Origin: an uncultured Bacteroidia bacterium
GTDB taxonomy: Bacteria > Bacteroidota > Bacteroidia > NS11-12g > UBA955
Assembly: GCA_938086785.1 (NCBI GenBank)
Contig: CALKCM010000008.1
Coordinates: 71,500 to 135,499, forward strand
Reading direction: 5' to 3'
Length of the DNA: 64,000 nt
The notes under the pieces are model-generated. The model worked only from the letters and a program-made list of their open reading frames with translations. It was not told the origin of the DNA and searched no databases. The translations under genes and the position numbers were made by a program. The stretch's first letter is position 1; each line of letters begins with the position of its first letter. Of this stretch, positions 54,283 through 64,000 are shown piece after piece.

Positions 54283-54870
54283 TTAAAACTTAAAGGAAAG
54301 ACCTCCTTGTACAATTGATTTTGCAAAGCCTATTTCAGCATATAGCCCAATGTTCTCGCTGAAAAAGTAGCGAGCTCCCAAAGTAGATTCTAGTCCAATT
54401 GGAATTGGGTTTGAAAAGGATACATTTGAATCGTCTGGATCATTGGTAGTCCATTTGCTTGTAGATGTTCCATATCCTACTCCAACTCCCCAGAAAGCAT
54501 CAAATGTTTCCGAACTGAAAAAGTGAATATTTACTCTTGCATTAAACTTAGTGCTACTGAATTTTAACTTGTAATCATAGTTATAAAAATCCTTATAACT
54601 AATGCTGGATGCAACATGATTAATGCTTAACCCTAAGCCAATTCGATCTGATACAGCATGTTCATATTTTAAATGAATGGGACCATAGCCTTTAAGAGCA
54701 TAGTCGTTTTCATCTTCATAGACTTTAAAGAGTGTCTTATTAAGGTTAGGAGCGCCATAGCCGGCCGAAATAATGTTACTTCCAGTCTCAAATGCTTGAG
54801 CTTTAAGGGATGATTTTTGTGTTAGTGCGAAAGCAAATAACACAGCTGATGGTATAATATATTTTTTCAT
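54283..54870 (-). CDS. Outer-membrane beta-barrel protein (OmpW/OMP_b-brl-like), paralogue 2
   Basis: 195 aa with a signal peptide ending KAQA, alternating beta-strand pattern and C-terminal GGLSFKF. It is clearly paralogous to the upstream gene. Confidence 0.75.
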   Translation of the reverse strand: MKKYIIPSAVLFAFALTQKSSLKAQAFETGSNIISAGYGAPNLNKTLFKVYEDENDYALKGYGPIHLKYEHAVSDRIGLGLSINHVASSISYKDFYNYDYKLKFSSTKFNARVNIHFFSSETFDAFWGVGVGYGTSTSKWTTNDPDDSNVSFSNPIPIGLESTLGARYFFSENIGLYAEIGFAKSIVQGGLSFKF

Positions 54871-54896
54871 AAGTTTAATAGTTTAATAGTTTAATT

Positions 54897-55487
54897 CTAG
54901 TACAACTGAAATACAATTCCTGCTTGAGCTAAGGATTGTGCAAAACCCACTTCACCGTAGATTCCAACGTGTTGCGAAAAATAGTACCTGGCACCAAGCG
55001 TAAACTCAGCGCCTATTGGAATAAACCCACTTACTTTGGTTTCTATAAAATTAGTATCAGTAGAGGACCATGTCGCAGAGGTTGAGTTATATCCCAGTCC
55101 TATTCCAACATAAGGGTCAAATTTAGTAGAGTTTCCAAAGTGTAAATTCACTCTGGCATTAATATCTAAACTGGTATAGTTAAGACTGTTTACATCTGTA
55201 ACGTCCCAAATGCTTTGATTGTATGACATTACATTGTTAGACAGGTTCGCGTTTATTCCAATTTCAATATTGTCACTGGCTGCAAAACCGTATTTAGCAT
55301 GGTAAGCTCCAAAGCCTGTAACCTTATAATTATCAAAATTTTTGTAGATTGAAAAGGCTAAAGAATTTAAAGTTGGGGCTCCGTAACCGAAGGAAAAGTT
55401 GTGGTCTCCTTTTTCGTAGGACTGCGATTTTACGGATACGAATGGAAGCAATAGTAGGTTTAGTACCATTAGGTATTTAATTTTCAT
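54897..55487 (-). CDS. Outer-membrane beta-barrel protein (OmpW/OMP_b-brl-like), paralogue 1
   Basis: 196 aa with a signal peptide ending VKSQ and C-terminal AGIVFQLY. Blocks shared with the paralogue include GYGAP.LN, NARVN.HF, G.G.GY..S and PIG.E.TLGARY.FS...G.Y.E.GFA. Confidence 0.75.
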   Translation of the reverse strand: MKIKYLMVLNLLLLPFVSVKSQSYEKGDHNFSFGYGAPTLNSLAFSIYKNFDNYKVTGFGAYHAKYGFAASDNIEIGINANLSNNVMSYNQSIWDVTDVNSLNYTSLDINARVNLHFGNSTKFDPYVGIGLGYNSTSATWSSTDTNFIETKVSGFIPIGAEFTLGARYYFSQHVGIYGEVGFAQSLAQAGIVFQLY

Positions 55488-55596
55488 AAGAATAGATTGT
55501 TCGCAGCAATAATACCTTATAATATTTTAAAAAAAAATAATAAGTGTATTTATTTTAAATATTATTTTTTAAATAGAATGCAAAGGGCTTGGCAAA

Positions 55597-57339
55597 TTAA
55601 ATAATCAATCGAACTCCACCGAGTTCGGCTACTTGGTATGGGAAACGATCTGAAGGCGCTCCAATGAACATGAAGTTTGTTGGAATTTTCCAATCCTGCG
55701 ATAGTTTTTGGATGATCTTAGGTCCAAATTTTCCATTGATTTCAATAAATTCAATATCTATTTCGGGATAAGCTCTGTCCAAAACCTCTAAATCAACCTG
55801 TAGTTTTGGGCTTCTCGCATTGGTGTCATTGATTATATTTACAATTTTTAGTGTTCTGGATTCTTCATTATCACTTACATAACGGAGAACCTTGTTTAAA
55901 ACAGCTACGTTGTCTCCTTTTGTGAAGAATACAAACTCCTGTGAATCAATATTATTAATCATGGTATTAATCCATTGATTAAACTTATATACGGTGTTTT
56001 TAATAGGTTTATAAAAATATTGAGTTATGCTAAGCAAGAGTAGAAGAAGCTGAGTTCTATTGAGCATAACAAGAACTACTAGTGCAGTAGGAACAAAATA
56101 TTGCACGAAAACCTTTACATAAGCAGGAGAAGTTTGGATTGTTGTATACAGAGCAATGATTACCGCTGTAACAGCAATGATCACTGATATAACACTCGCT
56201 TTTACCGGTCTAGGTAAACGACCCCTTCTATATTTTAGGAGTAAATTACCAATTCCAAATAAGGCCATAACCGCAAGAAAAGCGATGGTATACAAACCTG
56301 CTAGAGCCTTTATTTCGCCCTCTGTTACCAATAATATAGAGGCACAAAGAATAAAGAATCCAATCATAATTCGGTAACTCACTTGCCTTTTACTTTTCTT
56401 TAAGAAAAACTGTGGCATAATTCGATCCAAGGCCATTCGCTCCACAAGTCCGCTAACACCCACGTAGGAGGTTAACACGGCTCCACTTAGAACCATGACC
56501 GCGTCTATGCTAATAACGACTCCAAGCCAATTGCCACCCGTTTGTACTCCTAAATGCGAGAGGAGTGCTGTTGAGTTATCTGCGACTTCTTGAATAGGAA
56601 GGATTGCTAGGACGAGTAATGCGATAAGTGGATTGAAGAAGGTTACAATGGCCCACATGTTCTTTAGTGTTTTCGGAAAAACACCCGTATCCTGTTCTTC
56701 TACAAAGTTTGCACTCGATTCAAATCCTGATATGCCTAACATTGCTGCAGCAAAACCCAGCATTAAAGCGGTGCTCCAACTCACGTCCCGTGCGTTGGTT
56801 GCCGCTTGATTAAGGGAAAATACATCTACTCCATTTTGAAGCAAGTACACAGCGCTTACGGTCACCAACAGAAATAGTGAGGCAATATGAAAAACGAATA
56901 TAACAACCGCCACAATAGCACTTTCTCCAATTCCATATATGGTTAAGGCCATAAAGATAAGAAGCAATACTATTGTAGATATAATGACTGGCAAGGATTC
57001 GATAAGATGTTGCAAGTAGTGCATTGCTTCTGATGCAGAAATTACAGCTGTTGCCATGTAAGAGAGCAGGGTTAAACAAGCAGCTAAACTTGCGATAAAC
57101 TTACTGGTTGTATTAAGCAGTGCATTGTATGCTCCTCCATTAAGAGGCAGGGCTCCAACCACTTCGCCATATATTTTTCTAAAAAGAAATAGAACCGCGC
57201 CAACAATAAGCAAAGCTATCCATGCATACGAACCTGCAGCTATGATGCTTAAGGCTGATACATATAAACAGCTCGACGAAATATCATTCCCACAAATAGC
57301 GGTGGCTTGAAGTTCGTTTAACTTAACTTTTGAACTCAT
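55597..57339 (-). CDS. APC-family permease with ~150-aa C-terminal soluble extension
   Basis: 580 aa. About 12 TM segments are followed by the non-membrane tail FNQWINTMINNIDSQEFVFFTKGDN...AELGGVRLII. Confidence 0.75.
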   Translation of the reverse strand: MSSKVKLNELQATAICGNDISSSCLYVSALSIIAAGSYAWIALLIVGAVLFLFRKIYGEVVGALPLNGGAYNALLNTTSKFIASLAACLTLLSYMATAVISASEAMHYLQHLIESLPVIISTIVLLLIFMALTIYGIGESAIVAVVIFVFHIASLFLLVTVSAVYLLQNGVDVFSLNQAATNARDVSWSTALMLGFAAAMLGISGFESSANFVEEQDTGVFPKTLKNMWAIVTFFNPLIALLVLAILPIQEVADNSTALLSHLGVQTGGNWLGVVISIDAVMVLSGAVLTSYVGVSGLVERMALDRIMPQFFLKKSKRQVSYRIMIGFFILCASILLVTEGEIKALAGLYTIAFLAVMALFGIGNLLLKYRRGRLPRPVKASVISVIIAVTAVIIALYTTIQTSPAYVKVFVQYFVPTALVVLVMLNRTQLLLLLLSITQYFYKPIKNTVYKFNQWINTMINNIDSQEFVFFTKGDNVAVLNKVLRYVSDNEESRTLKIVNIINDTNARSPKLQVDLEVLDRAYPEIDIEFIEINGKFGPKIIQKLSQDWKIPTNFMFIGAPSDRFPYQVAELGGVRLII

Positions 57340-57346
57340 TGAAGTA

Positions 57347-57354
57347 CAAAAGTA
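57347..57354 (-). promoter_or_regulatory. -7 box TActTTTG upstream of the APC permease
   Basis: Plus strand reads caaaagta. It lies 7 nt upstream of the ATG at 57339. Confidence 0.4.
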
Positions 57355-57425
57355 CGTTAATTGGATTTTCTACCTATAAAAATTATTAAGAAAAAGAGAA
57401 GTGGATTACAAAAGCTGAAATGACT

Positions 57426-57433
57426 TATTTTTG
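57426..57433 (+). promoter_or_regulatory. -7 box TAttTTTG upstream of the carboxyltransferase gene
   Basis: Perfect match overlapping the TTG start used by the ORF track, 9 nt before the ATG at 57443. Confidence 0.45.
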
Positions 57434-57442
57434 CTGCTAAGT

Positions 57443-58987
57443 ATGGATAAAACTCCACAACAAATTTTAAAAGAAAAGAGAGAAGAGAGCCTTTTAGGCG
57501 GTGGTATCAAACGAATAGAGGCACAGCATTCCAAAGGAAAGTTGACTGCTCGAGAACGTTTAGATATTCTCTTAGACGAGGGTACTTTTCAGGAGATTGG
57601 AGCTTTTGTTACGCACAGAAGCAAAGATTTTGGAATGGAAAAGCAACAAATTCTTGGAGATGGTGTTGTTACAGGGTATGGAATGATACATGGTCGCTTG
57701 GTGTATGTTTTTTCACAAGATTTTACGGTTTTTGGTGGTTCTCTGAGTGAAACGCATGCAGAAAAGGTGTGTAAAATAATGGATCTTGCTCTCGAAAATG
57801 GAGCCCCTTTAATTGGGTTGAATGATAGTGGGGGAGCTCGAATACAAGAAGGAGTGGTTAGTTTGGGCGGATATGCCGATATATTTTACCGAAATGTGAA
57901 AAGTAGCGGAGTGATTCCTCAAATTTCAGCAATAATGGGACCTTGTGCAGGTGGAGCTGTTTATTCACCAGCTTTAACCGATTTTATTTTAATGACGGAA
58001 AATTCATCGTATATGTTTGTTACAGGTCCAAATGTGGTTAAAACAGTAACAAATGAAGATGTAAGTAGTGAGGATTTAGGTGGCGCAAGCGTTCATAGTT
58101 CGAAATCAGGCGTTGCTCATTTCTCATGTGCCAATGAAGTGGTTTGTCTCCAAAACATCAAAGATATGTTGGCGTATATGCCGCAAAATTGCGAGGATGA
58201 TGCCCCCGCTAAAGAATACACGGCAGGCAATGAAACACGGGATGTCTTAAATTCTATAGTTCCAGAAAGTGCAAATCAACCCTATGATATGAGAGAAGTC
58301 ATAGAGGGATTGGTGGATACGAACTCTTTTATGGAGGTTCATAAAAATTTTGCGGAGAATATTTTGGTTGGCTTTGCTCATCTGGCGGGTAAAAGTATTG
58401 GGGTTATTGCAAATCAACCGGCCCATTTAGCTGGAGTGTTAGATGTATCTAGCAGTCAAAAAGGGGCTCGTTTTGTTCGGTTTTGCGATGCTTTTAATAT
58501 TCCATTACTGGTTTTGGAAGACGTTCCAGGCTTCTTGCCGGGTACAGACCAAGAATGGAATGCTATTATTACGAATGGTGCTAAATTGCTCTATGCTTTT
58601 AGTGAAGCTACGGTCCCAAGAATAACTGTAATTACAAGAAAGGCTTATGGTGGGGCTTATGATGTTATGAATAGTAAGCACATTGGTGCGGATATGAATT
58701 TTGCCTGGCCCCAAGCAGAGATAGCTGTGATGGGAGCAAAAGGAGCGGCTGAAATCATTTTTAAGAATGATATCAAGTCAGCAGATAATAAAGAAGAGGC
58801 GTGGAAGGAAAAAGAGGCTGAATATGCTGATAAATTTGCAAATCCATACAGAGCTGCAGCCAGAGGGTTTGTTGATGAAGTCATCGAACCGTCTGAAACA
58901 AGAGATAAATGTATTCGCGCCTTTGATATGCTCAAGAATAAGGTTCGAACGATGCCAAAAAAGAAGCACGGAAATATTCCTCTTTAA
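57443..58987 (+). CDS. Acyl-CoA carboxylase beta subunit (propionyl-/methylmalonyl-CoA carboxyltransferase)
   Basis: [33 protein letters not shown] and [13 protein letters not shown] are carboxyltransferase signatures. The start is set at MDKTPQQ. Confidence 0.9.
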   Translation: MDKTPQQILKEKREESLLGGGIKRIEAQHSKGKLTARERLDILLDEGTFQEIGAFVTHRSKDFGMEKQQILGDGVVTGYGMIHGRLVYVFSQDFTVFGGSLSETHAEKVCKIMDLALENGAPLIGLNDSGGARIQEGVVSLGGYADIFYRNVKSSGVIPQISAIMGPCAGGAVYSPALTDFILMTENSSYMFVTGPNVVKTVTNEDVSSEDLGGASVHSSKSGVAHFSCANEVVCLQNIKDMLAYMPQNCEDDAPAKEYTAGNETRDVLNSIVPESANQPYDMREVIEGLVDTNSFMEVHKNFAENILVGFAHLAGKSIGVIANQPAHLAGVLDVSSSQKGARFVRFCDAFNIPLLVLEDVPGFLPGTDQEWNAIITNGAKLLYAFSEATVPRITVITRKAYGGAYDVMNSKHIGADMNFAWPQAEIAVMGAKGAAEIIFKNDIKSADNKEEAWKEKEAEYADKFANPYRAAARGFVDEVIEPSETRDKCIRAFDMLKNKVRTMPKKKHGNIPL

Positions 58988-59029
58988 AAAGTATTTTTTC
59001 TTCTGTCTTTTTATCAGTTTAAGAAGCGC

Positions 59030-62000
59030 TTAGAATAAATACCTTACCTCAGCGCGACCAATATGAACCCACTTGCTGGTTTGGCTTTTTCGGGCTTCAT
59101 AGCCACTTATAACTTGGATGTTTTTGCTTGGGTTAAACCTTAGGTTAAATTGACTTCTAAAATTGTTCCCAACTGAAAAGCCTTGCAGTATATCAAAAGC
59201 TAATGGAGTATTAGGAGTTTGATTATATTCATTTTTTATATAGCTAAATTGAATATCAGCTAGTCCTCCTTTGCCAATACTTTTGGCTGTGATAATTTTC
59301 CCTTCAATTTGTTTCCCATAATTGTTTCCCGCATTTTGAAAAGTGGTGTAGAGCAATTCACTTTTAATTCTAAACTGTATACCGGGTTGCCAAGATATCG
59401 AAGGAGCCAGTGTAATGGAGTTGTATTGGTATGAATTATTTGGAATGAATTCACTGCTATACTCAGATTGTCTAAATCGGGTACTCTGTACTATTTGCCA
59501 TTGGGCATTTGGCGCTATGCGAATAATGGTTTGGGTTTCACGATTACTTCTGCTATCGAAACCATTAGTTAAGAAAACCTTACTCTGTCTCAATAGCCCT
59601 GTTTGTTGAATAAATAGCACGCTGTTTTTGGATTCAAACTCGGTTTGATTTCGTATAAAATATTGCCCGTTGATGGTGTTGGTGTCTTTTAAAGTGTTTA
59701 GATACGGCATGATCTTTTCGAGAAAATCAGTGGAAATAGTTTTGGCTTTTAAATTAAAAGTAAATGTATTTTTTACTTTAAATGCGTTCTTTTTTTCTGG
59801 CTTCTGAATGGAGAAATTTCCATTGAGTTCGCTGGCTTGGGAAGTAATATACTGGCCAGTGGGAATAAGAAGTCGCACAAATTTGGCTTGGTCTTGAAAG
59901 GGGCTTTGTTCAAATTCATTGATTTCTCGTATTCCATTTCCATTGTAATCTTGCCAAGAGTAAAAGCCTTGGCCTGCAGGAACTTCAAAATAGGCAAATT
60001 GCCTCTGTTGCTCCCGGCCACTGATGGTTTGATAGTAGGTATTAAATCGAACAAAGCTCTTCTTTGGAAAAAAATTGTATTCAACCCTCGAGGATAAATG
60101 ACTTTCAGAGGAAAATTGATTGCTGAACTGAGAGTCTAGCAGTTTTGATTCACGAAATGAAAAATTCCAAAATAAACTCGATGTTTTTTTATTTCTGCGC
60201 ATGTAAGCCGAGTAATTATTAGCCGCATTTGCTCGAATAAATGATTCCCCTTGAGGGATATAGCTTAAACGGTTTTGATACGTTCCTCCGACCTGTGTTT
60301 TGCCAAAAAGCATGGAACTATTTAATTCTAGAGCATCAAAGCCATAACTGCCCAAAGAATACATTTGTGTAGGAGTCTTCGTTTTACTTCTTTCTTCTTT
60401 GAGTACAAAGGAGTGGTCTTGAGTTTTATTTTTGAAGCCCAAGGTATTTTGCCTTAAGGAAAATGTTCTTTTTTGTGCTTTGCTTTCATTTTTTTGTATT
60501 GATGGTTCTATGTAGAATGACCGCAATGAATAGCGAAGGTTTCCCTTGAAATCAATAATTTGATCGTTGTTTATATTAAATAGAGCTGCTGTACTACTCA
60601 TTTTAAGCTTTTCTTTCTTTTCTAAGGTAGTACTATAAATAGAGGAGTATACAGGATTGTTTACCAGTGTTGAGCTTTCGTTGTTTAACGTTTTGTTCCA
60701 ATTTCGACTCACCTCTAAATCTCTAAATCGCTCTATGCTTTTAAAATGTTGTGAGCTATAATCAGCCACAAGTTGATGATTCCAACTCCAAGGGTTCGTC
60801 GTATCTCTGCCTAATTGGTGTCTATGGTTCAGTGTTATTTTTCCTGCCCATCCCGTATTGTCATTATCATTTAGAGCGCTAAAAGTATTTAAGTCTTGAC
60901 GGCTTCCAGATAGTTGAGCATGAACGCTAGAATTAGTCCTAAAATTGTATTTTAGACCTGTTTCTGTCATCTGTATTGCATTTGGTGCAAATATTTGAAC
61001 AATGGGCTCGTAGCTCCCAGATGGATTCCCACCTATGGGTGCTACGTATTTATAAACTTTTCCGTTTGCACTGGTTCCGTCTAAAATATAATTTCCTTTA
61101 CCAGGTCCTAGGTAATTGAATATCACATTGTAGAAATCGGTATAATTTCCAGGAATATCTACATATAAATAGATCAATTTTCCCAATGAATCAGCCAATA
61201 CATAGTTTGGTGCATTTGAACTAAACCCCTCCAAAAGGGTTGCTCCATTTAGTCCAGCTGTTTGAAAATTATCGCCTGACTGCGCTAAGATTTCCTTCGC
61301 AGTTAACATTTGAGTCGAATCAAATAGGTCTAAACTTTGTTGTATCGGTTGATTTTTCAAGTCATTTTCTGAGTATAGGCCTATATAAGTAACAAGTTTA
61401 TTTGTTTGATAACTATAGTTTCCACTAGCTATTGTTCTAGCAAAAAAGCGATCAGAGTATTGGAACTCAACGATAATTCGGCTGAAAGTATTAATTAAAT
61501 TTTTAGGCGTAAAAGTCACTTCACCCAAATTGTAATCAATAGTGTAATCCGCTTGCAATCCTCTTTGCATTTTCTTACCATCTAAATATACATTTTCTGT
61601 TCCTGATATGACAATTATGAATTGTTCATTTCTGGTGCCTGTAAGTTTATAAGGCCCCTGCAAACCTTCCGTTCCAGTTATTTCATTTCGGGAGAATCGA
61701 CCTCTTGCCAAGGCTGCGTCAATTTCTGCACGATGTGTGCCATGTTCCTTTTCTGAGGTCATCCTCCATTGCAATCCGCGATTCTTTTTAGTGTATTTCA
61801 TGAACGCAAAGTGCTTTGGATTTTGAAATGCATGATCTCCTAAAATAATCTCACTCTTGGGTAAATAGAATTTCAAATAAATGCGATCAAAATCTTGTAA
61901 TGTGGATGTCGTTCCTTCCGGTTGAAATGGAAATTCTTGATCTGTAATTGCTCCCTCAATCGATATTTTATCACTTACTTTACCATTTAGCCTCAGGTTT

Positions 62001-62449
62001 AGGGCAGAATTGAGAACCAAATCCTGTGAATTGCCAAAACTAATCCCACGACTAAGTATACCTACAGATTGGATATTGGATGCTTGGCTATTGTAGCTGT
62101 TTGATTGATTATAAAGGGGAGCATTGGACTGACCCGAGACAAAAAGAATGTTATTTGATCGAGTTTCAAAGGCCATGGGATTGAAACGCCTGTACTTTAT
62201 GGAAGCTATTTGGGTCAAATAACTCGAATCAAACCTAAGAGTGGTATTGCCATCTATTAAAAAATAATCTATGTTTGGTGTAAGGACTTGAGAATCAATT
62301 TGAATTTCCAAGCTAAGCGCATCAATGGAGAAACTATCTAAGGGCAGAATAGTCCTGGAAATGAGGATTTTTTTTCGCTGATTTAATTGGGCATGAACAC
62401 TTCCTAAGATGCATAAAGAGAGAATACATGCGATCCAATATCTGATCAT
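59030..62449 (-). CDS. Large predicted outer-membrane protein (1139 aa, beta-barrel-like C-terminal region)
   Basis: Signal peptide MIRYWIACILSLCILGSVHAQ. The sequence is Asn/Ser/Tyr/Gln-rich with an alternating pattern and ends in the beta-signal-like RAEVRYLF. It starts 2 nt after the histidine kinase stop. Confidence 0.6.
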   Translation of the reverse strand: MIRYWIACILSLCILGSVHAQLNQRKKILISRTILPLDSFSIDALSLEIQIDSQVLTPNIDYFLIDGNTTLRFDSSYLTQIASIKYRRFNPMAFETRSNNILFVSGQSNAPLYNQSNSYNSQASNIQSVGILSRGISFGNSQDLVLNSALNLRLNGKVSDKISIEGAITDQEFPFQPEGTTSTLQDFDRIYLKFYLPKSEIILGDHAFQNPKHFAFMKYTKKNRGLQWRMTSEKEHGTHRAEIDAALARGRFSRNEITGTEGLQGPYKLTGTRNEQFIIVISGTENVYLDGKKMQRGLQADYTIDYNLGEVTFTPKNLINTFSRIIVEFQYSDRFFARTIASGNYSYQTNKLVTYIGLYSENDLKNQPIQQSLDLFDSTQMLTAKEILAQSGDNFQTAGLNGATLLEGFSSNAPNYVLADSLGKLIYLYVDIPGNYTDFYNVIFNYLGPGKGNYILDGTSANGKVYKYVAPIGGNPSGSYEPIVQIFAPNAIQMTETGLKYNFRTNSSVHAQLSGSRQDLNTFSALNDNDNTGWAGKITLNHRHQLGRDTTNPWSWNHQLVADYSSQHFKSIERFRDLEVSRNWNKTLNNESSTLVNNPVYSSIYSTTLEKKEKLKMSSTAALFNINNDQIIDFKGNLRYSLRSFYIEPSIQKNESKAQKRTFSLRQNTLGFKNKTQDHSFVLKEERSKTKTPTQMYSLGSYGFDALELNSSMLFGKTQVGGTYQNRLSYIPQGESFIRANAANNYSAYMRRNKKTSSLFWNFSFRESKLLDSQFSNQFSSESHLSSRVEYNFFPKKSFVRFNTYYQTISGREQQRQFAYFEVPAGQGFYSWQDYNGNGIREINEFEQSPFQDQAKFVRLLIPTGQYITSQASELNGNFSIQKPEKKNAFKVKNTFTFNLKAKTISTDFLEKIMPYLNTLKDTNTINGQYFIRNQTEFESKNSVLFIQQTGLLRQSKVFLTNGFDSRSNRETQTIIRIAPNAQWQIVQSTRFRQSEYSSEFIPNNSYQYNSITLAPSISWQPGIQFRIKSELLYTTFQNAGNNYGKQIEGKIITAKSIGKGGLADIQFSYIKNEYNQTPNTPLAFDILQGFSVGNNFRSQFNLRFNPSKNIQVISGYEARKSQTSKWVHIGRAEVRYLF

Positions 62450-62451
62450 AT

Positions 62452-64000
62452 CTATTTAGTGTTAAGAGGCAATTCGATGAAAAAGATGGTTCCATGATCT
62501 TTTTCACTTTCAAAACGTATGCTTCCATTAAATTGTTCTATGATTTTTTTACTGATGGCTAAACCCAAGCCCATTCCACTATTTTTAGTACTGAAATTGG
62601 GGCTAAATATTTTAGAATATAACTCAGGTGATATCCCTTTTCCGTTATCCTTGATCGCAATAAATATCGTATGCCCCTCCGATTTTATACTTGCTTCAAT
62701 AAGGCCTTCTTTTTCCTTGGGTATAGACTGAATGGCATTCTTAATAATATTGTTAAAAACACGACCTATTTGCTGGGAATCAATATCTGCTATTAATGCT
62801 TTTTCTGGTATTGATTTTTTGACGGAAATACCTTCTCTTCCACTAAATAAATCGCATACTTTATTGAGCTCTTCGCCAACATCTACACTCGCTTTTTTCG
62901 CTTCAGGCATTTTCGCAAACGAACTAAATTCTTCTGCCATTTTTGATAAGGATTCTATCTGATCGATCAGTAATTGAGATGTACGAGTTACTTTTTCATC
63001 CAATTTTTCATCCTTTCTTTGAATGGCTAGTTGCAGGTGCTGTAAGGAGAGTTTCATCGGTGTGAGCGGATTCTTTATCTCATGTGCTACCTGTTTAGCC
63101 ATCTCACGCCATGCTCCTTGTCTTTCACTTTCAGCCAATTTATTGGAACTAATTTCTAATTCCGTTAGCATCTTGTTGTACTCTGAAATTAGAAGCCCAA
63201 TCTCATCGTTATTCTTATACTTTAATGGAGTATACTCTTTGCCAAGTTTGACTAGGCTTAATTCTTTTCGTATGGTATCCAATGGCTTAATGATTTGTTG
63301 ACCAATCAGGTAGGCGAGTATGGCTGCTAAAGCAAAAATTAGAACGAATAAGTTGATTAAGGTTGCCGAATAATTACTTATTTCTCGTATGAGATCTTGT
63401 TCATTCGTGAAATAGGGTAAGTTTATATATCCTTTTAGATTTAGGTCATTGTCAAAAATACTTAAGTATGAGGCTATATAATTTAAAGAGCCTAACTTTT
63501 CATTATTCACGACTCCTGATTTTTTAGCAAATTTAAGTTCTCTATATACCTCTGGTTTCATTAATCGACCAATCAGACCTTGATCAAAAATTTTACTGTT
63601 TGAGCTAAACTGCAATTTTCCATCCGGATCAAAAAGATTTATATCCGTGTTATAATAATTGCTAAGATCATATAAAATATTGTTCTCATTTCTTTTAAAT
63701 ATAGCCTGTAAATTGGCACGTGTGCTTATGGTATTTGCAATTTCAGTTGACTTATCCCACAAATGCTTTATTTGCCGCGTTTGGTTAGAATTATTGAAAT
63801 ACCTTACTGTAACAAATAGAATGACACAAAAAGTTATAAATACAACTCCCACAACATAAAGCTGCAGTTTATTGCTTAAATACAGTTTATTCCAAAAAGG
63901 TATTTTGTAATTCTGTTTTAAGAACTCAGCAAAATTGTGCTTTTTCTTTTCACCTGTAATTTTGGTTTGAATAAATTGCTTACTTATTAGGATGAAGTGA
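62452..64000 (-). CDS. NtrY-like sensor histidine kinase (5' end runs off the window)
   Basis: H-box AWREMAKQVAHEIKNPLTPMKLSLQHL, N-box NNIIKNAIQS, G-boxes DNGKGI and GMGLGLA. I translated the frame upstream of the GTG at 63852 by hand and it stays open to nt 64000, so the gene is probably truncated by the window edge. Confidence 0.85.
   Translation of the reverse strand, partial: HFILISKQFIQTKITGEKKKHNFAEFLKQNYKIPFWNKLYLSNKLQLYVVGVVFITFCVILFVTVRYFNNSNQTRQIKHLWDKSTEIANTISTRANLQAIFKRNENNILYDLSNYYNTDINLFDPDGKLQFSSNSKIFDQGLIGRLMKPEVYRELKFAKKSGVVNNEKLGSLNYIASYLSIFDNDLNLKGYINLPYFTNEQDLIREISNYSATLINLFVLIFALAAILAYLIGQQIIKPLDTIRKELSLVKLGKEYTPLKYKNNDEIGLLISEYNKMLTELEISSNKLAESERQGAWREMAKQVAHEIKNPLTPMKLSLQHLQLAIQRKDEKLDEKVTRTSQLLIDQIESLSKMAEEFSSFAKMPEAKKASVDVGEELNKVCDLFSGREGISVKKSIPEKALIADIDSQQIGRVFNNIIKNAIQSIPKEKEGLIEASIKSEGHTIFIAIKDNGKGISPELYSKIFSPNFSTKNSGMGLGLAISKKIIEQFNGSIRFESEKDHGTIFFIELPLNTK

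Noticed and set aside
1-64000. I searched for tRNA, rRNA, CRISPR arrays, IS elements, integrases, phage genes and known defence-system genes.
   Set aside because: No cloverleaf-like or rRNA-like segment turned up in any intergenic gap. I saw no spaced direct-repeat array. No ORF has transposase, integrase, nuclease, reverse transcriptase or capsid motifs. All gaps longer than 100 bp look like ordinary AT-rich promoter or terminator regions.

Overview
This is a 64-kb chromosomal window from an AT-rich Bacteroidota genome. The phylum call rests on T9SS type-A and type-B C-terminal sorting domains, many lipobox signal peptides, and perfect TAnnTTTG -7 promoter boxes 5-32 nt upstream of start codons. 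A Flavobacteriia/Cryomorphaceae-like origin is only a guess.

I call about 57 protein-coding genes. I found no rRNA, tRNA, CRISPR array, transposase, integrase or phage gene.

Most of the window is core metabolism and housekeeping:
- Amino-acid uptake and catabolism: two APC permeases, a Glu/Asp:cation symporter, hutU, hutH, pruA, gdh, an asparaginase, an aldehyde dehydrogenase, a FAH-family enzyme and an acyl-CoA carboxylase beta subunit.
- A complete pstSCAB-phoU phosphate uptake cluster.
- Translation, replication and repair: hisS, gatA, frr, recG, miaE.
- Tat export genes tatC and tatA, 33 kb apart.
- Other single genes: rpiB, gpmI, fur-purA.

The most unusual region is a six-gene, minus-strand operon at 46390-54010:
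- Two lipoproteins carry five copies of a DUF1549/DUF4214-like motif.
- A twin-arginine-exported DUF1501 (sulfatase-fold) protein.
- A lipoprotein with a PSCyt1-like segment and a CX4CH motif.
- A small lipoprotein.
- A 1167-aa CUB/PKD surface protein with a T9SS type-B sorting domain.

I read this operon as a split Bacteroidota version of the uncharacterised planctomycete PSCyt/DUF1549 + DUF1501 pairing, joined to a T9SS cargo.

Other loci worth a second look:
- An exported HMA protein, a TonB-dependent receptor and a Cys/His-rich protein (2107-4979).
- A VWA + AAA+ pair with deviant Walker motifs (43758-46361).
- An NtrY-like histidine kinase coupled to a 1139-aa outer-membrane protein (59030 to the window end).
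- A T9SS cargo carrying a CGPC motif.
- An MltD-like LysM protein that appears to lack the catalytic glutamate.
- hisS translationally coupled to hutH.

All family assignments come from reading motifs by eye. None was verified by a database search.
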